DNA of 64,000 nucleotides from Adineta vaga. Its lineage: Eukaryota > Animalia > Rotifera. Shown here piece by piece: positions 52,401 to 64,000 of the stretch. Under the pieces are notes generated by a model. That model ran no database searches. It was not told the origin of the DNA and saw nothing but the letters and a program-made list of their open reading frames with translations. A program made the position numbers and the translations under genes. Position 1 is the stretch's first letter. Each line of letters opens with the position of its first letter. The stretch covers positions 11,098,001-11,162,000 of the forward strand of contig CP075492.1 in NCBI GenBank assembly GCA_021613535.1. Direction: 5' to 3'.

Positions 52401-55400
52401 ATATAAATCCATTTTGAATAAGAAAATTACATCGATGTATGAATGTCTTAGTCTGAAACATCATCTCGTATTAAATATTACTTTATATGTAAATAAGAAA
52501 TGATCACATCTTTACAAGAACTATATGACGCATAATAATCAAAAACACAAGTATGTCGGAATAATAAATATCTTTTCTTCTCCATCTATGTCAGTATTTA
52601 TTCTTGAGCTAAATCTAAGAGATTCGATCGAACATTTCCAAGAGAAGTTACTCATTATTTGTAGAACGATGCAACAATTCTTTCGGTTAATGGGAAATGC
52701 CCTTTCAGAACATCGTCTTAAGTGCTCAACATTCTTTTAGACATCGCTAACTTGAAATCATTCTATATTTACATAACAACGATTTCCTTTCGAGAATCAT
52801 AGCCCATGAGACATTTTTCATTAAATAACGAGAAGAACAAAGAATGGTTCATTAGAGACTTCGATTGTAAATAAATTTGAATAGAGCATATATTCAGTCG
52901 ATGAGTGATCAAAGAGAAATAATCGTGCATCGAAAAGAAGTCCATACTAAATATAATCTCATTGATTAGATAGTCAACTGAATGGTACATCGTTTGAACA
53001 GTGATTGTAAAGATTCAATTACTAACCTATTTGAACTTTTTCTGTATCGGGTTCAGTTGTTCGAACATGATATTCACCATAAGGAAAACGTACAACAATA
53101 CCCAAACTAAAAGAAAAGATGATATTTAATTTTTATTTTTTCACAAGTTATTTTCTGTACCTGAATGGATTTGATTCTTTATCTCCCAAAGTTGCATAAT
53201 AATATTTTTGTTCAACAACTTCAATACGTCGCTAGAAAGAATAATTACTTGTTATTGTTTTTTAATATTCAAGATTCTGAAAAGATCAAATTACCATATC
53301 ATCTAAATGCTTCTTCACTCGAGCTGAATGTTGATTTTCTTTAGATAAAATCATATCTTTTCGAATCTATAAACACATAGACTATTTTAGTAAATCATAA
53401 TTATCATCATAAATCTTACGTCTTGAATGTTACTTGCTGGTAAAGGCTAAACATGAAACTTTACATATGCATCAATGAACACAAAGATGCAAAACTTACA
53501 TGAACAAATCTCATCAGATTATCAGGTATTTCTACCATATCTAAATCAATAGAATGATAATTTTGTTTTCGATATGGACCCAACTATATAATCAACAGAA
53601 AAAAGAAAGCAAATTTCAAAATAAATGAGTTCCAGATATATTTCTTTTACATACCACAGGTCGTAGATCAGGATGAAACATAAGATAACCATTATGATTA
53701 ATCATAAATGAATAAGCATGTACACCAAGCTACAAGACAAAATAGTTGACATGTTAATTTCTGGGTAGAAAATTTACTCGATATTTTGGTGAAAATTCTT
53801 GAATAAGTTTGACAGGAATATCGACACCAACAGCACCCAATAGGATTGTTTCATCTTTTTTCTATTTATATCAAAAATGAAAACAAATAGAATCGAATAC
53901 ATTCTGACATAGACTCACTTGTTTTGGTGGATTAAGAACAGGTTGTGCAATTGAAATCATCAAATGTACAGGCTATTCAAAGAAAATCAATTTCTTTCTT
54001 TCTTACAAATATTCTCTTACCTTCGATTTATTCTTAAATTCATCCATTGACATTGATAAATCATGAAATTTAAATGGAAACCATTTATATGTTTTAATTG
54101 GTAATGTTCTTTCTACATCAAGAAAAACACTACTCCAAACTGTAACATGATCATTATACATTGCAATAGGACGTGCTGTAACTGGAATATAATCTTCAAC
54201 ATTCTCTTGAATATCTTCTAATGTTGAAACATGTGCAAAATATCCTTAAAAATTAATTGATCCTACAGAACATGCCTAATTTGTTATAAGAATGTATCCA
54301 TACCTTTATTTGCACATGACATCCAACGAATATGTTTTGGATCTCCTAATTCTCTTCCAATCATATATGTAAATACTCGTGTCTAAAAATGTCAAAGATA
54401 TGAATTAGTCTTACATTCTTTTCTATTGATCTCTTACTTCATAAGGATGACATGTTGAGACATTATTCGGTGTCCAATTTCGATTTAGAAAGACACTTGA
54501 TGCTGTTTCAGTGGCACCATCAGTTACAATCATAATCATTTTATTACAACCCGTACTATCAAGAAATGGTTCTTCATCTTCATCGACATGTGTCACTAGA
54601 CAAGAAAGAGGAAGAAAATTCTTTCAAAACAAAAATCATTTCCGAATTGTTTAATCGAACCATTGAAATCTGACGGACAGAATGCTTCTCGTTGGGCGTC
54701 AGTTAAATTATCAGTTGTCAAATAATGACATTGACACAGTAGTCTGACATTTTCCGTTCGAGATATATTTGTACGTGCATCATCTAAGATGTTGAATGCC
54801 ATATTTAATGCTTTAGAAAAATTTGCTATATCTTTTGTTTTAAAAGGTGAATTGACTGTTTCACGAAATCTCTAGAAGAAAAATCAACAGTAATGATCAT
54901 AAATTATTGAAATTATTTTCAAATACATGTCGATTTTCAAATGTAGCTTGAACAAGTCCATTTTGAAAACATTCATCAACGAATTCAGGTTCTTCTTGAA
55001 ACTAAAATAATCCAATGAATTTATTTATATTGAATGCTCGGAGAGACGAAATTTTACTTTAATTATTTGTACAAAATCATCATCCGATAGAGTATCTAAG
55101 ATGGTTTCAACTGTTTGAACGGCAATAGATTTTTTCAAACCAGTCATAGATCCACTAGCATCAATTAAAATAATAACATCACGTGGTGATGATGTGGCAC
55201 GAATATACCAATTTTGTACTCGACAATCAAATAAATCTAATTTTTCTGTATCACCTTCAGGATATTCCCACTTATGACCAGGCCAAACACGATAGAGACC
55301 TGTTTGACTGCAAAAATATTGCCATGTTAATTCAGGATCATGATTATAGTTATCAATAAATGCTTGATTAAGATTATACGACCAATTTGCTGTTAAAAGA

Positions 55401-56373
55401 ATTTCTTTATCTAAAGAACAATTTTCGTGATATTTTATACAATGAAAATATGCATTTACTTAAATAGTAAATAATTGTTGGAACATGAACTGTACTATGA
55501 GTTATATTTACAAAAGCTCCACCAAAGTGTTTCTTTTGCTGAATATATAAATCTTTTTTTAACGCTCTACGAGAAGAAGAAAAAAGAGGCACAATCATTG
55601 TTTCTTTTTTGTTCAATCAAATCGTATTTACTTATATTCATTATCTACTTCATTTACAGATTGACCATCTTCTGATGATATATCCACATTTGGATCAGTT
55701 GTTGTAGTTGAAAATGATGTCTGAGTTGATAGTTCTTCCAATATAAATGAATCATTACCAATTAACAATGCTGTCGATGTTGTCGTCATACTCATTACAG
55801 GACTTACTAATGATGCATTTTCATTCGTAATATTAATCGTTACATTTTCTACATGTTTCGAACTAAGATAACCATGCTTCTAAAGAAATATGAAATCGAT
55901 TAATTGAAAAAAAATCCAAAGAATATCATGTATATTGAACTAACTTCCATAAATTTTGCTGTAGCATTTCGACTAGTTTCATCGGTTTCAGCAAATCGTC
56001 GATAAGATTGTTCACTAATACTGACAAGATTTCTTATTGCTTCAAGTTTTTTCATAATAGCAAGATTAGTGTAATTTGCCATTTCAATAACAAGCTCTGA
56101 AAGATTACGTTTTTCAATAATAAATGTATCGGATGATTGTGTATAAACTTCACGCATCATTCGCTCTGTACTAGGCAATGTCAATGAAGAGAATTGTTCA
56201 GTTAAAAAAACTAATTGATCACGCAAATATTGATTTGTAGTCGACGATAGAAATGGAATTCTATTGGGAACAAGCAAAAAACAAAATTTTTGTAGAAAGA
56301 AATCAAATGTTAACATACGTCGGTAATGAATTTGAGAACGATACATTTGGTATCTCGTGAAGATCAGATGCAT
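49427..56373 (-). CDS. Voltage-gated calcium channel alpha2/delta subunit
   Basis: STVHVPT, WQYFCSQTG, FDCRVQNWYI, VWA MIDAS motif LIDASGS, TDG, NKGYF, Cache-domain VGVDIPV and HPDLRP, C-terminal YRERPHKC and hydrophobic GPI-type tail; many exons. Confidence 0.95.
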
Positions 56374-56982
56374 GAATATATCGTTCGTATCTGATGTTCA
56401 CCACAAGGAATAGAAGAATAAATTGTTGTATTGCCATTGATAGAGATTGATGTACGTGCATTAATTCATCGAATGTTCATTGAAAGGACTTCTCCATGTC
56501 TCTAACTGTCTCCTTTTTACTGTGTGTCGTTGCTCTTCTTTTCTCCCCGAGGCGAATGTGTAGAATTTGTTCGAGAGAAAACTTCGTCAGCTTTCTTGCG
56601 TGTTCTATACGCTAATGTCTACAATGTCTGTTGCACGACGTTCTATGTTAGCGTTTTTTTTACTTACTCCTCACTCTTTTCTTGTGCTCACTACATTTAC
56701 TCCGATAAAAAGAGTTCTCTCTTTCTTTTTCCTCCTAGTCTCCTTTTTTTCCCCGCATATATCAATCACAAGCGTTCCCTCTTTCTCATTCACACACACA
56801 ACAAATCAAACGATTAAGAAGGAAAAAAGAAAGAAAGAGAAAAAAAATCTACTGCTTTTATCATTATTGACATAATCAAATATGGTTCAATAGGGTCTTT
56901 TTTTTCATATAAGAACATACATAAATAAATAAATTTATTTCCTTTTCTATTCAAAGAAAAAAAAAGATACATAAGTATCTGT

Positions 56983-59494
56983 TCAATTTTCACAGCACTC
57001 CTTTGTCGTTTTCTTTATGGCCTTTGGAATATCACTCGAAGGATTGATGTCAAAGAATCCGCTTGGTTTAAGTGAGAATCCAGCTATAACAACAGGCATT
57101 ACAGGGAAATCTTCTTGTCTTGGAATATGTGTCACACCAAATGTATACCAAAGAACAATGTCTTTATCAACAATTGCTCGATCTTGTTCAGTATAGTGTA
57201 ATAAACCAGTATCAGATTGACTTTGATTTGGATAATTGCCTGAACCGAACATTTCTTTTTCATCAAATGGAGTTACCCAAACATGATAGTCAACGAAACT
57301 AGCACGTCTACGCCACCATGCTTTTGATGAACTAAATGGTATAGCATTTTCTCCCGGATGCAATTTATAACCAGTTGCTTCACCAATTCCATTTCGAACG
57401 GATGAATTTTCAAATTTCCATGAACGAGACTTTTCTAAACATAAATTATTTCTTGCTTGTTTCTCTGTTTCAAGTCGTATTTTCTTTATATGAAATGCAT
57501 TATGAAATTGATTATAATCAGCATCATCTGGATCAGCTTCGACATCGATCATATAAGCCGTATTATTTATTCCATCTATAGCTAAATCAAGACGCATGTT
57601 AAAGAAATGTTGATGGTATGGAGCGAATAATTGTGGAGCAATTAATGAACCATACATCGATTTTTTCTCCGGTGGAACAGCACCTAATGAAAGAATACCC
57701 GTCATTTTGACTTCAAATTGAATACTAGCATCTTGATATAAATACCTATTAATAAAGGAAAAAGCATTCAATAGTATTCTCTATAGAATTGCGATTAAAA
57801 ACACACACACACATATTCGCATAAAAGAATTTGCTTTTATTCGACAGCGTCTGTTGTTTTTTTTTGACATTTGAGAATGATAATTTTGAATACAAATTAT
57901 TCTTTCAATCATTCATAGATATAATTTTTCACAAAAAAAATTCTATTTTTAATACTATAGATATTAATTCTTTTCTTGTCGCTTCTAGAAATGCTTTCTA
58001 TTACTTAAAGAAACCAATTATCCATTCGAGAGGGGATCATATTACATATGTAGACGCATTCTGTTATCAGTAATATTTTATGAACTTCCTTTTTTTTCTT
58101 GTCACAGAATAAAAAAATATCTCTTATCATATTAATCTACTCGTTAACTAGATTGTAGTTTTTCGTTGAATCGACACTTTTTATGAGAAAAAAAACAAGA
58201 GAAGTAGCTACCAATAAAAACCATATTCATAATTTTCTATTGTTGCAATGCTTGAAATAACTAATCTTCTGCTTCGTCGTACCTGAATAAAAGAGAATAG
58301 AAAAGAAAGAAGTGCGCTATGCAAAACATTACTTCTGGATTATTTAATCGACGATCTGTATGTTTCCATAGGATACCAACATCTTCTTCATGAAGACAAA
58401 TAGCATTCTTAATAACTAATAATTCTCCACGACTTGTACACATATTTGCATCGAAATATTTTATATGACCAAGACAATCACAACCAAGTTCAAGACTATT
58501 CGTACAACAACCCAAACCATATTCACCACAATCGAATGCATTTTTTCTTGCTTGTTGTTCAGCTGGATCACCATAAGGTACAACCATTTCACTTAATGCA
58601 GCTCGATATAATACGGAACGATTATCATAGGTTAAATGATGAAGAACTAAACCTTGACGCATTGTAAAACCGATAACAAATGACCATTTTTGCCATGAAA
58701 CTTGATAACCATTGACTTGAAAACTTGGTCCTTCAGGTTGAACAATATCTAATGGTCGAATATCATTACGAAGTTTTGTCACTCGATCAGATGTGTAATT
58801 ACAATCAACATATGGAATTGGATAATGATTATAAATTTCAATACGAATAACTTCCACTATTAAAATTCAAATCAGTTTTCTTTCTCATAAGTTCTTATAA
58901 CTTACTTAAATTAAGATCAACAACAGGTCGTAAACCTTCAATTGGATGTGTATATCCGTTATCAGTTGGATCAGCTCGTACAAAACATAATGGTCGTGCT
59001 AATCGACGTGTACGCTCTTCTTCTTGTCCAAAATAACCACTTGACCATATGTCAACCATCACTCGATTAACATCATCAATACCATAATGTTCACGTATTA
59101 ATTCTTGAAATTGAACAGATCGAAGTACTGCTTGTTCACACTCGACTTGTTCATCAACTGTCATTGTTGCTTGAACATTTGGTATATGTTCAAGTGAAAT
59201 AAGTTGACCTTCATTTTCAAGTAAAATTCGTGCTTCATAACAAGAATTAGTTCCATTATCGAATAGAACAACATCAGCTTCACGTCCAATAATTTCATTG
59301 GATGGATTAAGTATTTTTTCTTTTGGTGTTTCATGTAATGTTACAGATACAAATCGTGTCGTTGGTGTTATTTTATTACTTTGTTTTTTTAATACGTCAA
59401 CAGCACGTTCAATTTCAGCTAAAGATAATGGTTCTAATAAATGACGAGATTGCATAGAACTGGAATTTGTATTTTCAACCTTGTCCGTCGACAT
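56983..59494 (-). CDS. Copper-containing (TPQ) amine oxidase, bacterial type, with 3 spliceosomal introns
   Basis: SEMVVPYGDP, KNAFDCGEYGLG, NSLELGCDCLG, LHEEDVGILWKHTD, ATIENYEY (TPQ site), HQH, HIPRQEDFPVMP. Confidence 0.95.
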
Positions 59495-60479
59495 ACTTTG
59501 TTTTTCTAATAACTACCTATATGCTCGCTGATCATTTTTACGTTCCGTTTTATTTTTATCTTTCTTATAATCGACTGCCCTTGTTTTTTCTTTATCATTT
59601 CGCCTCTTTGTGTATGGTTACAGAAGGAAAAAAGAAAGAAAAAAAAACATTCGCAGATGTACTAATGCATCAGTGATTCATGTTCGACTTTTGTCCTCAA
59701 AAGTAAAGATAACAGTGTGTTTTTCTCTAATAAAGTATTATCGTTGAGAAGAATTTGAAATTTGAAACGTATATAATCGATTTTAAAAGGCAATATTTAT
59801 AGAATGACGAAATCATTCTTATCTAATTCATCTGATTTTTACAATGCGAAGTAATGAAATACTTGTGTGACGAAGGCTGTGAGCTGGATGTTCTTTTTTC
59901 TTTCATTACACTTGTTTATTCAATTAAGTGTAAATGACAATATAGGTTAAGAGATGCAAAAGTACATACACAAGCTGTTATTTATTTTTATATAAATTAG
60001 TACCAAATATGAACGTGACATTTTACTCAGCAGATCCTCATTCTATTCATAATCAATTTCAAAGCTTTCAAATTGCTGAATGTTAAATTGGAGTTTATTA
60101 TTAATAAAACTAAATTTCCTCTAAACGTTTTTTTCTTTCAAGAGTCATTATAATGAAATGTCAATGATTCTATACAAATATATATAGGCATATCTAAACG
60201 TGACCAAGAAGAAATGCGACAAAATATTAAAAAAATGATTGTCTCTCAGATTCAACGATGATGACAACTATACTTAAATTGAAGAAGTATGGTAGCTATA
60301 TTTCAAAGACTTCATTTTGTCATAAAAATGAGTAGAGTCTTATTGTTTTTTTTTGTTGTATCGAATAGATTCTGTGAAAATTAAAAAAATGTATATTGGA
60401 GAATTTTTCCACGAATACTCTGCTTCTTCAGAGGAGGTATGTTCTGTCGTAAAGAAAAAAATGATGTCTCGCAGAAGCA

Positions 60480-61625
60480 ACAAAACAAAACGAATAATAA
60501 AAAAAGGAGAAAAAAACCAAAAAGAATTGTTACAATCTTTCCGTTGTATTTATTTTGAAAAGAGCTAAATATTGGTCTGCAGTTAAGGATGCCTTCACAG
60601 ATATTATTTCGATATGTGAAGCACTCGAAGAAACAGCTCATCAATGCGAGCACAATTCTACCTCTATTAGTTTCATGACCACTTGCAATAAGACGTCCGA
60701 TGAAAATTTGAGTAAACTTGACCGTTTATTTATGTACACTCAGATTTTGTTAACAATTGACTTCGAACCAGTACATTTTTCAAGACTTTGTCGTTTATTG
60801 TCGTGAACAATTTATTGAAAATGCCTATGAATTAAATAATGTAGAAAATTTAAACGAGAATATTGAAAGCACACACCAATATGGTGATATACATATGAAT
60901 GATTTTGATATCCGATGTTGAATCGAGCTCTTTGAACAATGGACGTTACGCTAATTGTTAGTATGAGGTTTTAAAATTCGTGCTTTTCATCAGGAAATAG
61001 AACAACATTCTAGCAAAACTCTGCAGAAGGTTGATTTTGATCAACTGATGAATACTCAATGTGAATTAATGGCATTTAATAGTTTCCTATCTACTAGTAA
61101 AGTATTTCTCTAGATTTTGCTTGTAAATCACTTGCCAATCCAAATAACATTGGGATATTTTTTGTGTTGTCAGGAAAAGGCAAGCATTTATCATGAGTTT
61201 GAATGGATAAATAACTCTCAGGAAAAATATCAAGAAGTTCTGGTATTCTATGAAAAGACATTTACGATTGGTGAAAATTTTTGTTCTCCAGACGACATTC
61301 GTTTGGTTGCTACATGCATACAATAATAATGGTATGGTATATGGTAACTGAAATGACTATATAAAAGCTCTTTCATATTTCGAAAAAGACTTCGAAATCA
61401 ATAAAAAGGTTCTTCCATCTGATCATCTAAATTTAGCCTTTTATTATCAGAATATTGATATAGTATATCATCGGTTGGAGAACTTTTCGAAAGCGCTTCT
61501 TATGACAGATTTGATTTGGTATATCAAAAACGAGGTGACTACTCGAAAGCATGTTCTTATTTCAAACGTGCCATGGCTATCGCACAACAATCATTACCTT
61601 CAAACCATTTAATATAGTAGCGATT
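60480..61625 (+). pseudogene. Degenerate paralog of the ART-TPR gene at 3949-6627
   Basis: Fragments ICEALEETAHQCEHNS, FMYTQIL, PMLNRAL*, FNSFLSTS, KASIYH and KALSYFEK in shifting frames, with several stops and deletions. Confidence 0.9.
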
Positions 61626-62513
61626 GAATCGCTGAGTGAAAATAGATTCAAAATAATAACAAGTATCGGTGACAATTTCATGAATCAGATAGAATTTACC
61701 AGAAAAGCAATTTTTCTTGATACCACTACTGATTACGATAGATTTCTTTTCATAAATATCCTCCGTATATATTCAATACTTTCGATATATCTTTATGGAA
61801 AAACACGAAAAGACTTTCATTTGATTGTTTCAGAGTGAAACCAATAAAATTAGTTCGTTATAGAGTATAATGACAGTATTCTTGCATCAAAACATTCATG
61901 TAGATGATGATGATTCAGAATGATATCCAATAGACTCGTTTTGGTAATGTGAGAAGATTGAGTTAGAGTCAGTTTCGTTACTTCATTTCAAGAAATAAAG
62001 TAGGTGGAATGTAAAATGCATCAATAAATAATTGATTAAATACCTAATCTCATCACAAAACAAGTCATGTGAAGAATACTTGTCAGATGTTTCTCTCTTA
62101 TCTTAATTCTAGAAGTACTTAAATAAACGAGTACGCTTTGTAATTTAACTGTGAGATCCATGCAGATATTCTTGTTTTCAAATTCATATCAATTTCATGA
62201 CAACAAAAAACAAATTTTAAACCTTTCAATCAATTGAAATTCGTTCTGTTTTTCAAAAATCAGAAAGCCGATCATGTTGTGTATATTCAATATTGATGAA
62301 ATTCATCTGAATGTTTTGTTTGTCAACGAAATTTTTTTCAGCACACATTGTATAGAGTTGAAAGAGAAAGAAAGAAAACAAACAACGTTAAAAAAAAGTT
62401 TGCTAAAAGCGTTATTCAACAAAATTTTCAATCTTTTTTTTAACACATTCGTTATATTATCTGCGCGACTAGATGCAAATATATATATATGCTGATATAA
62501 GATTCATTTATTT

Positions 62514-62901
62514 TCATCCAAAAAACGTATCCCAGTGAGATTTTCGTCCGTATAAACTCGATATTCGAGTACGACGATGAAATGGTTGAGTTGGATGTGT
62601 TTGAAAGCCTTGTTTTTCTATTTTATGTTGTCCTGGTTGATGTGCCATGATGTGATTGTCACTATTTTTCTTATATGTCGACTTTTTAGAATTGGTGAAT
62701 AGAGCCAATAGATCAGGATAACTTGGAGATTCAACAAAATAACTTCGTATCAGTCTTATATCAGACTCGGTATCATATAGTGATCGACTTTGCACTGAAA
62801 ATAGACTAAAAATAGTTAACAAGTACATAAAGATTATCTTTGATCATACCAGATGAAATAATGAGAAACATAAAAATAATGAAATAGATCGTAGATTTCA
62901 T
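62514..62901 (-). CDS. Putative neuropeptide/peptide hormone precursor
   Basis: Signal-peptide exon MKSTIYFIIFMFLIISS, one intron, dibasic sites, ends RR-TRISSLYG-RK-SHWDTFFG*. Confidence 0.75.
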
Positions 62902-64000
62902 TTTTTGTAAGATTAGAAATTTTACAAAAGAAAAACAAAAGGTACCAATGTCAGTCTTGAAAGAATTCAAATAAAGAGTTTGTGTCTATATTTATGTAAA
63001 AGAATGTGTACTCAAGAGGGATCGAAAAGAAAAGATCATTTGTATATTTGATGACAAAATGTTTTCTTTTCATACAAAAAATAGTAGAGAAAGAAACGAA
63101 TGAAGATGAGAAGTGTTGATTAACATTGATGTTGTCAAAATAATTCCTTCACCTACGCGTAACAACCGAAAAAAAAATATGTATGTAGAGAACTTTCTTT
63201 ATTCTTCTCAAGATTTTATTCTTTCGTATAGAATAGACAACTATTTCCGGATGAGATGATAGATTATGTAGAAAACTTCTAAACTAACATATTCCGAAGA
63301 TAAGTTGACAACTTACTTAATGGAGATTAAATTTAGAAAGCTGTTAGATGAAATGGAATAACTAATTGTTTGAAGGCGTTGAATAAATATGGATGAATGT
63401 TAGTGACTACAAACCCATTTCTTATTTTATGCATATCAAACAATAAATGACTAACTCGCACAGGATTCATCATCTTAATCGAATGACGTTTATCCCGTAT
63501 TGTTGAATAAACAGAATGATATTCTATTGCATATTTAGACAGGAATATATTTTTGGGAATCGGTAAAAGTGAAATAAAAGAAACACTGTACACATGAGAT
63601 GATGAAAGAGACAAATAAAATCCAATGAATAAACAACAAATAAAACGAAGTTTTTTTTTCTTTTCATATATCTTGTCTACTATGAGAAAGTGAAAGCAAG
63701 AGAGAGAGAGAGGGGGAAAAAGAAGAAGAAGACGACGACGAATACAAACATATAAACGAATATATTAATTCATCATCATTCTGTTGCACTGTATTGTTGA
63801 TAGATCATAACAATTGAAAATGATTTAATCAAATATGACTAGAACAGAATTTCAATAACGAGACAAGGAAGACAATGGGATTGTATAAATAAGAAAAAAA
63901 CGAAATGGGAAAGAGCAAAAGGTTTTAAAATTAAATAAAGAGATATTCAGAAGAAGAAAAAACACATCAACTGCTTTATCATGTATTTGTTAATAGAATC

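Noticed and set aside
52525-52990. Mutually exclusive alternative exon in the alpha2delta long intron
   Set aside because: Candidate acceptors give stops in the required phase, and there is no similarity to flanking exons.
57746-58211. MITE or transposon in the longer amine-oxidase intron
   Set aside because: I see no terminal inverted repeats, target-site duplication or second copy.
63000-64000. ORF 63333-63614 and purine-rich tracts
   Set aside because: Low-complexity AT-rich intergenic sequence with no recognisable domain or exon structure.

Overview
AT-rich, gene-dense eukaryotic DNA with many short (about 50-60 nt) GT-AG introns. The gene content (REC-ART-TPR family, F-box/LRR family, an intron-bearing bacterial-type enzyme) points to a bdelloid rotifer; this is an inference. 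I can support about 22 protein-coding genes, one solitary 5S rRNA gene and one pseudogene. In order: 3' end of ORP5/8, a chitin-deacetylase-like pseudoenzyme, 5S rRNA, an intronless ART-TPR gene, PPIL2, KGD4/MRPS36, SPATS1, SLC28, a short MVP/SPFH-like gene, a ~10-kb Sushi/CCP exon-array gene, a proline-rich protein, an LDLa-TM-PY protein, CK1-like kinase, YRDC, F-box/LRR, an EF-hand protein, a Tyr-motif repeat protein, an unknown Ser/Thr-rich protein, TUBGCP5, ADF/cofilin, CACNA2D, copper amine oxidase, an ART-TPR pseudogene and a neuropeptide precursor. Best leads: (1) the ~34-CCP array, built of symmetric phase-1 exons with split domains and mosaic intron copies; (2) operon-like same-strand packing (83-bp YRDC to F-box spacer containing a splice acceptor); (3) a mini vault-like SPFH protein; (4) a precursor of amidated peptides I do not recognise; (5) an intact ART-TPR effector plus a dead paralog; (6) a horizontally acquired amine oxidase. 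Four single-base frameshifts in otherwise intact genes are probably consensus errors. Exon boundaries were read by eye and homologies come from recalled motifs, not searches.
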